A stretch of DNA of 64,000 nt from Somniosus microcephalus (taxonomy: Eukaryota): the NCBI GenBank assembly GCA_052327205.1, contig CM126231.1, forward strand, positions 20,336,001 to 20,400,000. Reading direction: 5' to 3'. Made by a program: the position numbers and the translations under genes. Below, one piece after another: positions 1 through 13,180 of this stretch (position 1 is its first letter; every line of letters begins with the position of its first letter). The notes beneath the pieces are model-generated. The model did not search any database, was not told the DNA's origin, and worked only from the letters and a program-made list of their open reading frames with translations.

Positions 1-1510
1 CAAGGGAGGAGATTGCAGGGGTTCTGACACAAATTTTCAGAACCTCTCTGACCACAGGGGAGGTGCCAGAGGACTGGAGGACAGCTAACGTAGTACCATT
101 ATTCAAGAAGGGTCGTAGGGATAAACCAGGGAATTACAGGCCAGTGAGCCTAACATCAGTGGTAGGGAAATTATTGGAAAGAATTCTGAGGGACAGAATT
201 AGTCTCCACTTGGATAGGCAAGGATTAATCGGGGATCGTCAGCATGGCTTTGTCAGGGGGCGATCATGTCTAACCAATTTGATTGAATTTTTCGAGGGGG
301 TGACTCGGTGTGTGGATGAGGGTAGTGCAGTTGATGTAGTCTATGTACTTCAGTAAGGCTTTTGACAAAGTCCTGCATGGGAGACTAGTCAAGAAGGTAA
401 GAGCCCATGGGATCCAGGGTAATTTGGCACATTGGATCCAAAATTGGCTTAGTGGCAGGAGGCAGAGGGTGATGGTTGAAGGTTGTTTTTGTGACTGGAA
501 GCCTGTGTCCAGTGGTGTATTGCAGGGATCGGTGCAGGGTCCCTTGCTGTTTGTAGTGTACATTAATGACTTGGATATGAATGTTGGAGGTATGATTAGT
601 AAGTTCGCAGATGACATGAAAATTGGTGGAGTGGTAAATAGCGAGGAGGGAAGCCTCCGGCTACAGGATGATATAGACGGGTTGGTCAGATGGGCAGACA
701 GTGGCAAATGGAATTTAACCCTGTAAAGTGTGAGGTGATGCATTTTGGGAGGACTAACAAAGCAAGGGAATACACAGTGAATGGTAGGACCCTAGGAAAG
801 ACAGAGGATCAGAGGGACCTTGGTGTGCATGTACTGTACATAGATCCCTGAAGGCAGCAGGACAGTTAGATAAGCTGGTTAAAAAGGCATATGGGATACT
901 TGCCTTCATTAGCCGAGGCATAGAATATAAGAGCAGGGAGGTTATGATGGAGCTGTACAAAGCACTAGTTAGGCCACAGCTGGAATACTGTGTGCAGTTC
1001 TGGTCGCCACACTATAGGAAGGATGTGATTGCATTGGAGAGGGTGCAGAGGAGATTCACCAGGATGTTACCTGGGCTGGAGCGCGTCGGCTATGAAGAGA
1101 CTGGACAGGCTGGGGTTGATTTCCTTAGCAGAGAAGGGTGAGGGGGGACCTGATTGAGGTGTACAAAATGATGAGGGGCATAGATGGGGTGGATAGAAAG
1201 GAACTTTTCCCCTTAGTAGAGGGGTCAATAACCAGGGGGCATAGTTTCAAGGTAAGGGGCAGGAGGTTTAGAGGAAATTTGAGGGAAAACTTTTTCACCC
1301 AGAGGGTGGTTGGAATCTGGAACTCACTGCCTGAAAGGGTGGTAGAGGCAGGAACCCTCAACATTCAAGAAGCATTTAGATGAGCACTTGGTCCATAGCC
1401 TTGTATGCTATGGCGTTTCAAGTGCTGGAAAATGAGATTAGAATAGACAGGGCTTGATGGCCGGCGCGGACACGATGGGCCGAAGGACCTCTTTCTGTGC
1501 TGTATGACTG
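1..1510 (+). mobile_element. CR1 LINE, 3' part (RT domain + 3' tail), frameshifted
   Basis: ORF pieces PEDWRTANVVPLFKKG, NYRPVSLTS, QHGF, F(S)KAFDKV, QGSV-GPLLF, SKFADD, EYCVQFWSP, WNSLP in shifting frames; 3' UTR gatgggccgaaggacctc; very similar to the copy at 21288-22365. Confidence 0.95.
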
Positions 1511-1890
1511 AGAAGGAAGGGATAGTTGAATACACATTAGGCCGAAGTCAGAGGAGTGGGAGATCTGTACTAATGTGGAAGAGTTCGGGGATGTAGGTTG
1601 GGGCGAAGCCATGAAAATAAAATGCACCTTTTTGAGCAAGTAGCTGGACAGAGAAAAATTATGTAACTAATTTGAAAATAAGGATTTGTGTATGGAGAAG
1701 GGATTGAGGAGATATTGGAGCTTTGTGAGGGTGTGATCAGTGCATGGGACTTGGTACAGGGCAGGATACAAGCAGCTGAGTTCTAGATGAGTTGGAGTTT
1801 ATATAAGATGGAGTTTGCAAGGTTACTTATTAGGATGTTGCCTTCAGTTGAGAAAGTGGCGAGGTGGGGTGAAGTCTGGACTCAGCTGTT
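1510..1890 (-). mobile_element. Degenerate L2 LINE relic
   Basis: gggacttggtacagggcaggatacaagcagctgagttctagatgag resembles the L2 segment at 24775-24830. Confidence 0.45.
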
Positions 1891-4800
1891 GCACACATTA
1901 CCTTCGATTTATTTGGATGCAGTTTCTGCCTGGACTCCAATCTCTTCTGCAGACCCGTTCTGTTTGTGTTGTCTTTACCTACTTTAAAGAAAATGCATCT
2001 TATTACCTTGCTTTTTCTTGCATCAGTAAGCCCACCCAGGAGCAAAGTGTGAAGTTTGCACCTCAATAGTCTTCTAGATACCAAGGAGTCATGTATAGCT
2101 CTCCAATGAGTCTGCTTCATGTGGTATTTGGGAAGTTCATTGAAGTGATAAAGCGCTGCCGTAAAAACTTGGCATGCGCTGAAGGAATTTTGTGTGAAAC
2201 GCTCGAGCTGCTCTATTTTTTGCCTCTCTTAGATGTTTTGTGTAACCTTAATTGGAGAATCAAAGTAGATTACTTTCTTGGCAGCCTTTAAATAATAAAT
2301 TATCAAATTCCTTTTTCAATGTGCCTGAAAACAATGACTCATTATAAGCCAGAACTCTGTCTGAGGCCACCTGCTTGTCTCACAAGTAACCTTGGTTTGA
2401 TAAGTGGTCAGAATATTCTGTCTGAGCACTCGTCCAGTTTGGTCACTTGAGCGGTGAAATTCCTTCTGGTGATTGTTGTTGTTGGTGGGGGGGGGGGGAG
2501 AAAAAAAAAGTTGTCCTCCAGAATAAAATGGGAAATCCTTGTGTTGAATTTGTTTTTACTTAAATTAACAAGCAAGTTTTCCAGTTGTCGCGTTGCGAGG
2601 GTTGCCTCCCTGTCTGGGGACAACCCTGGGTGGCACCGGGAGCTGCCCTGCTTTCATAAGCAAACTCCAAAGCACGGGCGACAATAACAACTCCACATAT
2701 CCAAACATTCTGAACTTGAGCCTACTTCTCTGACGGGCTCCCGAATCCATCGTTCTGTGCATAGTCACGTTGCTAAATAACATGGGAGATCACAGCTGGC
2801 CTGCTGTAGTCCATGATATCTAGTGTCAGCAGGCAGTTGATGCTGATTAAAGTGGACGTTCTGTGGTGCTTGATTTACCATGGAAGTGTATTGCTTCTCT
2901 GAAGGAGCTGGCGGCACTGTTGGCGGCTGTTAATTAAAAGAGTGGCACTCCCGGTCTTTCACGGATGGCAGTGCAGCCTTGGATCCCTGGCTGTCTGTGG
3001 CCTTGGACTGTGTACAGGTTATGATCTTGTGCAGTGACAGGATGGGCTCACTACTGTAGCTGTCAGTTAAATGATGTGGAAGCAGTTAAGACCCCCAGGA
3101 TTCAGGAATAATCGCACAATCACTTGCCTGTAAATGTTTTTTTAAAAATTTCAATCAAATAAAAAAACTACCACTGTGAACAGTCGTATAGTTCAATTGC
3201 CCTTTTTGATCGGTCTTTCTTAATGAGAGCAAGACATCATTCCACCACAGAGCTCGTTGTGCCATTTGTGACACTTGGTAATAAAGAAGTATACAAGGGA
3301 TGAGTATTTTAATTCTAATGCCTAATCTCAATACTAGATTGTAGACGGTTTCCAGTTAGCTGTGTGAACGAATGGTTAAAACATAGGACCTGTTCTTTGT
3401 ATGTTTCTCCCATTATTGTAGCAGTCGGCTCAAGAGGGTGGGGCTTGAGTTCATTGTCTCTTTATTTTCTTCCCCCTCGTCTCGGTGAGGTATGGCTTTC
3501 TCGGGCACCGGCAGCGTGACTTCATTAAACCTCCATCTGAAGGCTGCACTGTGGTTTTTTTAAATGGTACCCTTGCATTTATTAACAGCCCTGAAGTTTG
3601 CTTAAAAACCTGAGCATGTTCCTGAAATTTAATTTACAATTTTTAAAATTCTTTAGTGAAAAGCTTTTGGATTTGCATAAGCAGGTCTTGGGGAAATAAA
3701 TAGTGGGACCACTTGCTCACTCTTTCCTTTCTCCCTCCCTCAGGATAGATTTTTTTCCAGACCCCTTTGTTTCAATATAGAGTAAGGACGTGTACCTGAG
3801 CAGGAGGGAAATTGGGGCAGGAGACTAACAGGATGGGTGAAGGAGAGGGCTATCAAAGTGCAGGGATGTGGGCAAAGAGTTCTGGAGTGTAGGACCAAGA
3901 TGGCCGATAGGTTTGCTTGCTGATTTCTTGAGCCGCAGGGTCCTTTGCATGATTGCAGTTGCGTACGGCTCACTATTTCCTCGCCCTCCTCCCTTCCTCT
4001 GCTGAAGATGGTGACTCTAGCTCTGGTCCATTTCTGCAGTCACTAGCAGGGCCCCAGGACCTCTGCCAAGTAACCATTTTTTTTTTTTCATGTGTGCGTC
4101 ACCATGCTTTTGAACTTAGGCGGGCATCGCTGCCAAGCCTGATCTTGCCCTCGCAGAATGTCCACGTGCAATCACTTTGAATCCCCTCTCTGCTGCCCTG
4201 AAGCCCCAGATGCGATCAGCTAACTAAACGGCGTGATGGACCTTTACTGATCTCTGTGGTTCAGGAATGCACGATTCGTGCAATGCACTTACCCCCTGAG
4301 AATTCAGATTAATTGTTTTAATAAATGGCAGATTTTTGCAAGTGGTTCTAAATATTACCAGTGGAATTCACTTGCTGGATTTAGTATGGTTAGTTACTTC
4401 TGCAACCCCTGCTGGTCTTGGTGAGATATGCCAATTACTTATGGCAATGTGCCTGTGACTACAGGGATTTTAATTTTTTTTTCCTTGGGCCTGAATTGGA
4501 CACGGTTAGGAAAGTGACTGAATCAATTGGATCACCTTGTGTTTTGGACTCCAAAATGGCTGCCTTGTGCTGTCGGAAAATGAAAAGGCTTGTGTGTACG
4601 TCGCACAGATGTTGTCACAGGCTGATTGATGCTTGGGACGCGTTCAACACGTATTTATTTAATATTTAACAAAAAATACCACAGCAATTTCACGGTTTCT
4701 GCTCTTTCACGTAGTGTGTTTTGAGTTATGGGCGTGCATGGCAAGGCATGCAGGAAGAATGAGAGACTAGCAGAAAAGCTGTGTGGTATGCAAGAGGAGC

Positions 4801-5009
4801 CTCTGAGTGCACAAGTCAGGTTTTATTGATGCTGGCATTTTATTGATGCTGGCAGTAGGTGCACGAAATATAAAAACGGGAGAACGCTGCACCCCAGGCA
4901 TTCAGGTCCCAACTTTCCTTGAATGGTGAGCAGTTGTTGAAGGCAGTGGGGGGGGGGGGAAAGTACAGCACCATCAGGTTGACTGTCTTCCTTGGGTAGC
5001 TTTTGTCAG

Positions 5010-5405
5010 CAGTGGCTGTTGGTAGCATTCTTGCCCGAGTCAGAAGGTTGAGAGTTCAAGGCTGACTACAGTGCAGTGCTGAGAGTGCTGCACTGTCGGA
5101 GGTGCCGTCTTTCGGATGAGACATTAAACTGAGGCCCCGTCTGCCCCCTCGGGTGGACGTAAAAGATCCCATGACCCCATCTTGAAGAGTTCTTCCTGGC
5201 TATCATTTCTCCCTCAACCAACACCTTAAAAACCAATAATCTGGTCGTTATCACATTGCTGTTTGTGGGAACTTACTGTGTGCAAATTGGCTGCTGCGTT
5301 TCCTACATTGCAACAATGACTACACTTCAAAAGTACTTCATTGGCTGTAAAGTGCTTTGAGATGTTCTGATGTCGTGAAAGGTGCTATCTAAATGCAAGG
5401 CTTTT
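5010..5405 (+). mobile_element. tRNA-derived DeuSINE (SacSINE1-like)
   Basis: tRNA-like head, Deu-type core gtgctgcactgtcggaggtgccgtctttcggatgagac, L2-like tail gaaaggtgctatctaaatgcaag. Confidence 0.8.
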
Positions 5406-5989
5406 TTGTAATGAATTGGGCGGGGAGCTTTAAGTGCAGTCCCTTTGGGGTTGAGGTGATCCTCGTGATGTTATTTGAAAGCCAGTTCAGCCCCTATAGT
5501 CAGATTGGTGATCTGACAAATAATGCAGGCAGGTCTAACGCACCCTTGGTGATTGGCTGGCCAGCCTGGCTCTGGAGTGCAATGCAAAGCGATAGACCTG
5601 ACCCGGGGGGGTGGGGGGGGCCTGGATTCTTCCCACTAGTATTCCAATAACACTTCGAACCAATGGTCTTGCTCAGTATCAGTAAAACGTGTGGTTTTAG
5701 CTAGTTGAATTTGAGCATTAAGGTAAAGAATCCCTAAACTCTGGCTCTGCCAGTCTATGTCTATGCTCTTTGGACTTGGATCAGATCGTGTCCCTGTAGG
5801 GAGAGTAACTGCACACTATCAGTTACACAGAAGTACATGTCTGGATTGGAAACTTTTTAACAGTGATGGGTTTTTATGACAATCCAGCCGCTTTCGTAGA
5901 GTGTTTTGCCTGGTGCTAAATTTATTAACTTGCCGTCGTGAAATTTGAACGAAAGACATCTGGATTGCTAGTCTGGTGCTTTAATCATT

Positions 5990-7110
5990 CAGTCCCTCGA
6001 GCCTGTTCCGCCATTCAATTAGATCAGGGCTGATCTGCACCTCCACTCTACTTACCTGCCTTTGCTCCACATCCTTTGATACCGTTATCTAACAAAAATC
6101 TATTGGGGCAGGGGGGAAGGGAAGAGGAAAGAGTTCCATTACCCTTTGTGTGGGAAAAGTCATTCCTGACCACTTCTAAATGGCCGAGCTCTAATTTTAA
6201 CATTTTGCCTGCTTGTTCTGGATTCCCCCACCAGAGGAAATAGTTTCTCTATCTTTTTTATAGAATCCTTTTATCATGTTAAAGACCTTGATTAGATTAC
6301 CCCCATAAACGTCTACACCCCAGGGAATACAAACCATGTTTATGTGGAGTTTGCACATTCTCCCCGTGTTTGCGTGGGTTTCCTCCGGGTGCTCCGGTTT
6401 CCTCCCACAGTCCAAAGATGTGCGGGTTAGGTTGATTGGCTATGATAAATTGACCCTTAGTGTTAAGGGGATTAAATACCTGGGGTTACGGGGATAGGGT
6501 GGGATATGTGTTGGTGCAGGGGTTACGGGGATCGGGTGGGATATGTGTCGGTGCAGGCTCGATGGGCCGAAATGGCCTCTATCTGCACTGTTGTGATTCT
6601 GTGATTCTGAACATGTCCTCATTTAATCCTTTCAGCCCAGTATAATTCTGGTAAATCTACACACTATCTCTTCCAAGGCTTCTTCCTTGAGGTGCGGTGC
6701 CCAGAACTGAACGCAGTTACTCCCAGGTGGGGTCTGATCAAGGCTCTGTACAACTGAAGCATCATTTACTCACTTTTGAAACCCAACCCCTTGAGATAAA
6801 GGCCACAAGCCTTTCTGATTAAAAGCTAGTGCACAGGTATAAAAAGTCGTGATTTCTGTACATGGGCAGCTAAATCCCTTTGCTCGTCCACCGCACCTAG
6901 TCTCTCGCCATTAAGAAAATACTCCGATTTGTGTATTAGCATCGATAGTGAATGACCTCACAATTCCCCACATTGACCTCCATAGCTTTGCCCACTCACT
7001 TAGTCTGCCTGTTCCCCATTGTAACTTTCTGTTCCCATCTACACAACTTACTGTGCCTCCTAACTTAGTGGCATCTGCAAACTTGAATATACAACTGAAT
7101 TTCTTCATCC
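5990..7110 (-). mobile_element. Old CR1 3' fragment interrupted by an HE1-like SINE
   Basis: CR1 3' UTR at 5990-6060; KFADATKLGGTV in ORF 6911-7108. Confidence 0.8.
6338..6610 (+). mobile_element. HE1-like V-SINE, 5'-truncated
   Basis: V-domain gtggagtttgcacattctccccgtgtttgcgtgggtttcctccgggtgctccggtttcctcccacagtccaaagatgtgc; CR1-like tail gatgggccgaaatggcctc; internal ~38-bp duplication near 6482-6557. Confidence 0.8.
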
Positions 7111-8711
7111 AATTCTGTTCTAGATCTGTAGTTCCCTGTTTGTCTATGTGTGGGTGGGTAGGTGTCTCTTAATCTCTGGTCTTGCTTGAGACTTAAATTT
7201 ACAAGTGAGACAGTGACTAAAACAGCCTAATTTCATGTCTCTCTTGCTGATGATGCTCCTTCACAGACCTTTGGGGCAGCCACCAACTCCAGGCCCCTTT
7301 TTGCCTGATGGAGTCATCATTCATGGTTAACTATCCAAAAGTATTGAAGGAAAAACAAACTGGAGGAGAAAAACCATGTCCAAATTAATCCATATTTTGC
7401 TTAATTTTTCATTTTTTAGGGTTTTGCTGCAAAGCGCACTCCTTTTAACCCTGCACAATGGTGGATTTCTTGGCTTCACTTCGATCTGTGCAATGAAGGG
7501 CATGGTAGTTAATCAGTTACTTTAGCCGAACCACATAGGTTACAGATTGTTTGCAGCTGCCACTAATAACCGTACAAGTGAAAAATTGTTTGGGAAATTA
7601 GACCTGACCTGGTTGGACTAAGAACAATGAAAATGCTCTTTCCCTGCCTGTGTCTGGTTGTACAAAGCCTGATTGGATCAACCTTGATTTCCTTGGCAAT
7701 GTGTCACTGGCACCTATTTTTCTAGTCACTGTTGCCCCTCACCATTTGAACAATATTTGCTGATCTGAAGGAATACATAATTACCTGCATCAAATATTTC
7801 TGATGGTCTTTGTTAGAAATAGGTGTGAAGAGCACTGAACACAGTAAAGTGGTCTTCTGTTATACCTGTAAATGTGGAGTCCTTTTGCTTGTATTTAATG
7901 TTTCCCTTCCTTTTCACTTTTTTCTACCTGCTCTGGTTGCTGACTGTGCTAGGATGGGGTTCCACTGGCATCTGCAGCCCCTTGATACTTTAGTCAAGTG
8001 GCTCTTTGTTGTGTGGATCAATGGGCAATTCGACCGTGGAAGTCTTCACAACAAAAACCGGCTCCTGTCCTCGCCCAATGTCCACACGTGCACACTTTCC
8101 CTATTGGGAGCATTGGATGTTTTGCTCTCCTGCTGTAGCCAAGGCTGGTTGAGGCCAGGTTGTAGTGCAGCTGCAGCCTAACCGGAGATGAACTCACTCA
8201 CCATAGAGCAGGCACTGAATGTGGGACCGTTAGATTTTCAGGGTTTCACATTACTCCTTGAGTGGTGCATTTGCCTCCAGTGCTGTTGGGGTGTTTGAAG
8301 TCCTGTTAGTAGAACAGAAAGTGAGGGGAGGGGTGTTTGTCAAAATAATTATGGTAATCATTATTATTTTGGGGTGGGGGGGGCAGTTAGAATTAATTAA
8401 AAAAACAACTTTTGAGGGCTGTGATTGGGACAACTGGGGAAGTTGGGGTTACAGTCTGAATCAAAATTGGCACACATAAAATGGCGAAGCTTCTTCTGGA
8501 TCTGTATCAACAAAATTTCACTCTTTACATTATTCAGTTATTTACAAATGACTGCAGCGGAAATCTGTATTGAACTGTGCCAGTGATGCTTCGAATACCC
8601 CATTTGTTTCCTTAACCCTGGCTCTGGCAGATTGAGATCTCCATTTATGAAGACAGAAGTTTTGGCAGTGGAAGATGAACTGTGGAAAAAGTAAGGTATG
8701 AACTTTTGCAG

Positions 8712-9690
8712 GATCAAATCAAATCAACTTTTATTGTCATTGTTAGTGCACAAGTGCAGTACAACGAAATGTAGGCTTGCGGCTCCTGAGAGTGTACATT
8801 TGGATTAAGACATTTAAACATTCAACATACATTTGGCTTGTAGTATATTAACATAAATATGACCATAATAAAGTGCATTGGCAGATGTGCAGGCTTTAGA
8901 GTTTATTTGTGGAGTTCAGTAGGATGACAGCCCTGGGAAAGAAGCTGTTCCTGAATCTGTTCGTACGGGTGCAAATGCATCTGTAGCGTCTCCCAGATGG
9001 TAGGAGGGCGAACAGACTGTGGCTGGGGTGGGTAGGGTCTTTGATGATGGACCGTGACCTCTGTAGACAGCGTTTCTGGTATATGTGCTCTATGGTCAGT
9101 AGCCGGGTGCCGGTAATGCGTTGGGCAGTTTTGACTACCTGCTGCAGGGCTTTCCGGTCATAGTAGCTACAGCTGCCATACCATACTGTGATACAGTTTG
9201 TCAGGATGCTCTCTATTGTGCAGCGGTAAAAGTTAGAGAGGATCAGGGGTGACCGATTACATCCCTTCAGCCTCCTTAAGAAATATAGGCGCTGCTGGGC
9301 CGCCTTCGCCAGAGAGGTGGTGTTGAGGGACCAGGAGAGGTCTTCCGTGATGTGGACGCCGAGGAACTTAAAGCTTTCCACCACAGCCCCATTGATGTGG
9401 ATGGGGGTGGTGTGACTTCCGCCTTTTGACTTCCTGAAGTCCACAATGATTTCTTTTGTTTTCTTGGTGTTAAGGGCCAGGTTGTTATCGGCGCACCACT
9501 TCACGAGATGCTGGACCTCCTCCCTGTAGGCTGACTCATCGTTGTTGGTGATCTGGCCTACTACTGTGGTGTCATCCGCAAACTTGATGATGGTGTTGGA
9601 ACCATTAACAGCCACACAGTCGTGGGTGAAGAGGGAGTAGAGGAGGGGGCTCCGCACACATCCTTGTGGGGGCCCCCGTGTTCAAGGTCG
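8712..9690 (-). mobile_element. Rex1/Babar-clade non-LTR retrotransposon, 5'-truncated
   Basis: Open 253-aa ORF 8896-9657 (SPLLYSLFTHDC, IIKFADDTTVVG, KFLGVHI, QRLYFLRRL, FYRCTIESILT, LLPSGRRYR); 3' end AATAAA followed by (ATTTG)n on the minus strand. Confidence 0.85.
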
Positions 9691-9930
9691 GGGGGGGGGG
9701 ATTCTGAAAGGCAGCTTGATGCAGCGGGTCTGCTAGGCATCAACTGAATCAGTAGGATTTCACCTGTGGTTGAGCTCCATTCACCCTGATGGTTTAAGGT
9801 TATTCTGGCTGGTACCTAGAGTAAATTTTCTACCGGGTGACTCCAGGCAGAAGACGGAATAACTTGATGGCATCGTGCAGACCGAGCCCAGTGCACAGGA
9901 AATAACGGCAGGAAATCTGCAGCACACAAC

Positions 9931-10003
9931 TGTGCAAAAAATCAGCATTTTTAAGTGATTTGTGTCAAAAATCAGCATTTTTAAGTGATTTGTGTCACAA
10001 TCA
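9931..10003. repeat. 30-bp tandem duplication (~2.3 copies)
   Basis: tgtg(t)caaaaatcagcatttttaagtgatt at 9931 and 9961, partial copy at 9991. Confidence 0.9.
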
Positions 10004-10037
10004 AGTATGTGGCTTTATACCAATGGAGTTAAATTTG

Positions 10038-10202
10038 TTCAAAGATGTGCGGGTTAGGATGATTGGCTATGATAAATTGACCCTTGGTGTTAGGGGGATT
10101 AAATACATGGGGTTACGGGGATCGGGTGGGATATGTGTCGGTGCAGGCTTGATGGGCCGAAATGGCCTCTCTCTGCACTGTGGGGTTTCTGTGATTCTGT
10201 GA
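10038..10202 (+). mobile_element. HE1-like SINE 3' fragment
   Basis: Near-identical to 6413-6610 but without the internal duplication. Confidence 0.8.
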
Positions 10203-11604
10203 AAACTTGCAGAATTCGAGGCCAATAATTTTTTTTAACTGCCTTTGCACCACTAGTTTTAATTAGGATTTACTTTAAGACTTAAAGTGAATGGGAACTT
10301 TACCCTGGTATGAAGCCTGTACGAGCAGGGATTTAGATGACTGATGCATCCTGAGCATTTTTGCGCTGTTAAGATGAAGAATGTCAACACTAGACAAACA
10401 GTATTTACCTGCATTCTCTGACTTTGGGAGGTATGTGTTCAAAGCCAGTTAAAAAATTTCTCCTCTCTCGCTCGCTATGTTTCTGTCTGCATCTCCCCAT
10501 ATCTAATAATGTGCCCCAGGTTCAGAAGGGCACTCCCTGTTGCCACCCGCGTGACCGTTGTTTCCTGCTTCTGTCATTCCAGTGACCTCTGATCAACACT
10601 AAGTTGTGCAGTTTAGTGCTGTCAAATCAATCGCAAGTCACTGAGTTGGGAGTTTGACTGAAGAAGCTGTGTAACTGGCAGAGATGCCAGGTTTGTATCC
10701 CCTCAGTCTGCACTGGATCGATAATCCGGTCCTGGCGGTGACTGACAACACCCTGCTACATCTCATGACATGTTCTCTCCTTCACGAATTGCTAATTTGC
10801 CTGTCGGAATATCTCTTCCCTCCCTCCCCTGCCTGGCGCACTTGCAATCCTTCTGCTAAGATTGAGTGAGGACCAATGCGGGCTGAAGGTTGGCGATTGC
10901 GTTGAATGTTTAAAGCTCACTTTCTCCAGCAGAAGAGTGTGGCGTAGATGCCAGGGGGGCTTATCTGAAGGGAAGAGAAGAAATGAGGAATAATCAAGTT
11001 TAAGAAAAAACTTTTGTCGAGATACATCAAATGTGCTTGCTACCTTTTTTTGTTAGCACATGGACAGGAAATGCAATTTACAAGTAATTACCACACCTGC
11101 AGAACATTAATTTCTTTGCGTGCTTCTTTTGGATTAGGTTCCAGTTGCAGCTGGATGGACAGAATTTGTTTGTAATGTGTTGCAGTGACTCCCTCTACCA
11201 CCATTAATTCTACCCACTCTGTTTTCTTGATGGCTGTGTTTATTTCTGCTATTTTGGATTTTTTTTTTTTACAAATTTAGCCCACTCGTGTGCCTCCATT
11301 GTTTGATTTGGAAATATATTCACACAAACTTTTCCCTGCCTTAACCAGTGCCAATATATCCTTGTGACTGTGCTCGGAGCAGTTCTGTTCGGTTGCACCT
11401 TGAGGTTCACTCCCCCTGGATGAAGTAATTTTATTTTCTACACCCTGTAACAGCGTTAATAGAAGGCGACTTGTTTCGCAGAGCATTGCCTTATAGATTT
11501 GTAGGTCGGAGCTGTGCATCGCCCTTTGAGCAGAGTAAATCTGCAGTTTTGATTTGTACCTTCACTTTAATAGAAACACTTGCCTTTAGTTTCACAGGAT
11601 AATT

Positions 11605-11800
11605 ACAGTGGAGGCTGGGTCATTAAATACGTTTAAGGTGGAGATAGACAGATTTTTGCAAGATAAGGGAGTGAAGGGTTATAGGGAGCGGGCAGGGCAG
11701 TGGCTTTGAGCCCAAGATCAGCCATGATTTTATTGAATGGCGGAGCAGGCTCGAGGGGCCGAGTGGCCTATTCCTGCTCCTATTTCTTATGTTCTTATGA
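11605..11800 (+). mobile_element. CR1 extreme 3' fragment
   Basis: tttaaggtggagatagacagattttt...gaatggcggagcaggctcgaggggccgagtggcctattcctgctcctatttcttatgttcttatg. Confidence 0.8.
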
Positions 11801-12052
11801 GGAACCCCCTTCCGCTCACCTCAGTCCACCCATTCAGAAAGAAATCCATTGTAGCCTCCAACTGGTACTTAACTCGAGTATTTACAGCACAGAAACAGGC
11901 CAGTCAGCCCAACAGGTCCATACCGGTGTTTATGCACCACATGAGCCTACCTCATCCAGAAGTTCATTCCATGTACTGATCATTATTTTGTGGCCAGAAG
12001 AACTTCCAAACACCAATTCATGCCATTTGTTTGCCTTAACATTAACTCTCCT

Positions 12053-13180
12053 AAGATCATAAATAGGAGCAGGAACAGGCCATTCGGCCCCTCGAGCCTA
12101 CTCTGCCATTTAATGAGACCATGGCTGATCCAATTTTGGCCTCAACTCCACTTTCCTGCCTGCTCCCCATAACCCTAGACTCCCCTGTTGCTCAAATATC
12201 TGTCTATATCAGCCTTAAATATATTCAATGACTCTGCTTCCACAGCTCTCTGGGGTAAAGAATTCCAAAGATTCACGACCTTCAGAGAAGAAATTCCTCC
12301 TCATCTCTGTTTTAAATGGGTGACCCCTTATTCTGAGACTATGCCCCCTAGTTCTAGATTCCCCCACGAGGGGAAACATCCTCTCAGCATCTACACTGTC
12401 GAGCCCCCTCAGTATCTTATATGTTTCAATAAGATCACCTCTCATTCTTCTAAACTCCAATGAGTATAGGCCCAACCTGCTCAACCTTTCCTCATAAGAC
12501 AGCCTCTTCATCTCCAGAATCAACCTAGCGAACCTTCTCTGAACTGCCTCCAATGCAAGTATATCCCTCCTTAAATAAGGGGACCAAAACTGTACGCAGT
12601 GCACAAGGTGTGGTCTCGCCAGCGCCCTGTACAGTTGTAGCAAGACTTCCCTACTTTTATATTCTATATCCCCCTTGAAATAAAGGCCAACATTCCATTT
12701 GCCACCTTAATTACTTGCTGCACCTGCATGTTAAATTTTCATGTACGAGGACACCCAAATCCCTCTGCACTGCCGCATTCTGTAGTTTTTCTCCATTTAA
12801 ATATTTTTCTTTTTCTATTCTTCCTACCAAAGTGGATAACTTCACATTTCCCCACATTATACTCCATCTGCCAAATTCTTGCCCACTCACTTAACCTATT
12901 GATATCCCTTTGCAGACTCTATGTCCTCCTCTCAACTTGCTTTCCCACCTATCTTTGTATCATCTGCAAATTTGGCTACAATACACTCGCTTCCTTCATT
13001 TAAGTCATTAACATAGATTGAAAATAGTTGAGGCCCCAGCACTTATCCCTGTGGCACCCCACTAGTTACAGTTTGCCATCCTGAAAATGACCCATTTATC
13101 CTGATTCTTTGTTTTCTGTTAGTTAGCCAATCCTCTATCCAATCTAATATTACCCCAACACCATGAACTCTTATCTTATG
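12053..13180 (-). mobile_element. CR1 3' fragment
   Basis: ORF 12215-12643 LQLYRALARPHL..VQFWSPYLR..RMRGDLIETYK; CR1 tail at 12053-12130. Confidence 0.9.

Noticed and set aside
2598-2627. AGGGTTG...CAACCCT mini-hairpin resembling hAT termini
   Set aside because: Only 30 bp and no 8-bp TSD
8631-8700. Possible small exon (ggcAG...aagGTATG)
   Set aside because: Splice-like motifs alone are common by chance; no recognisable peptide
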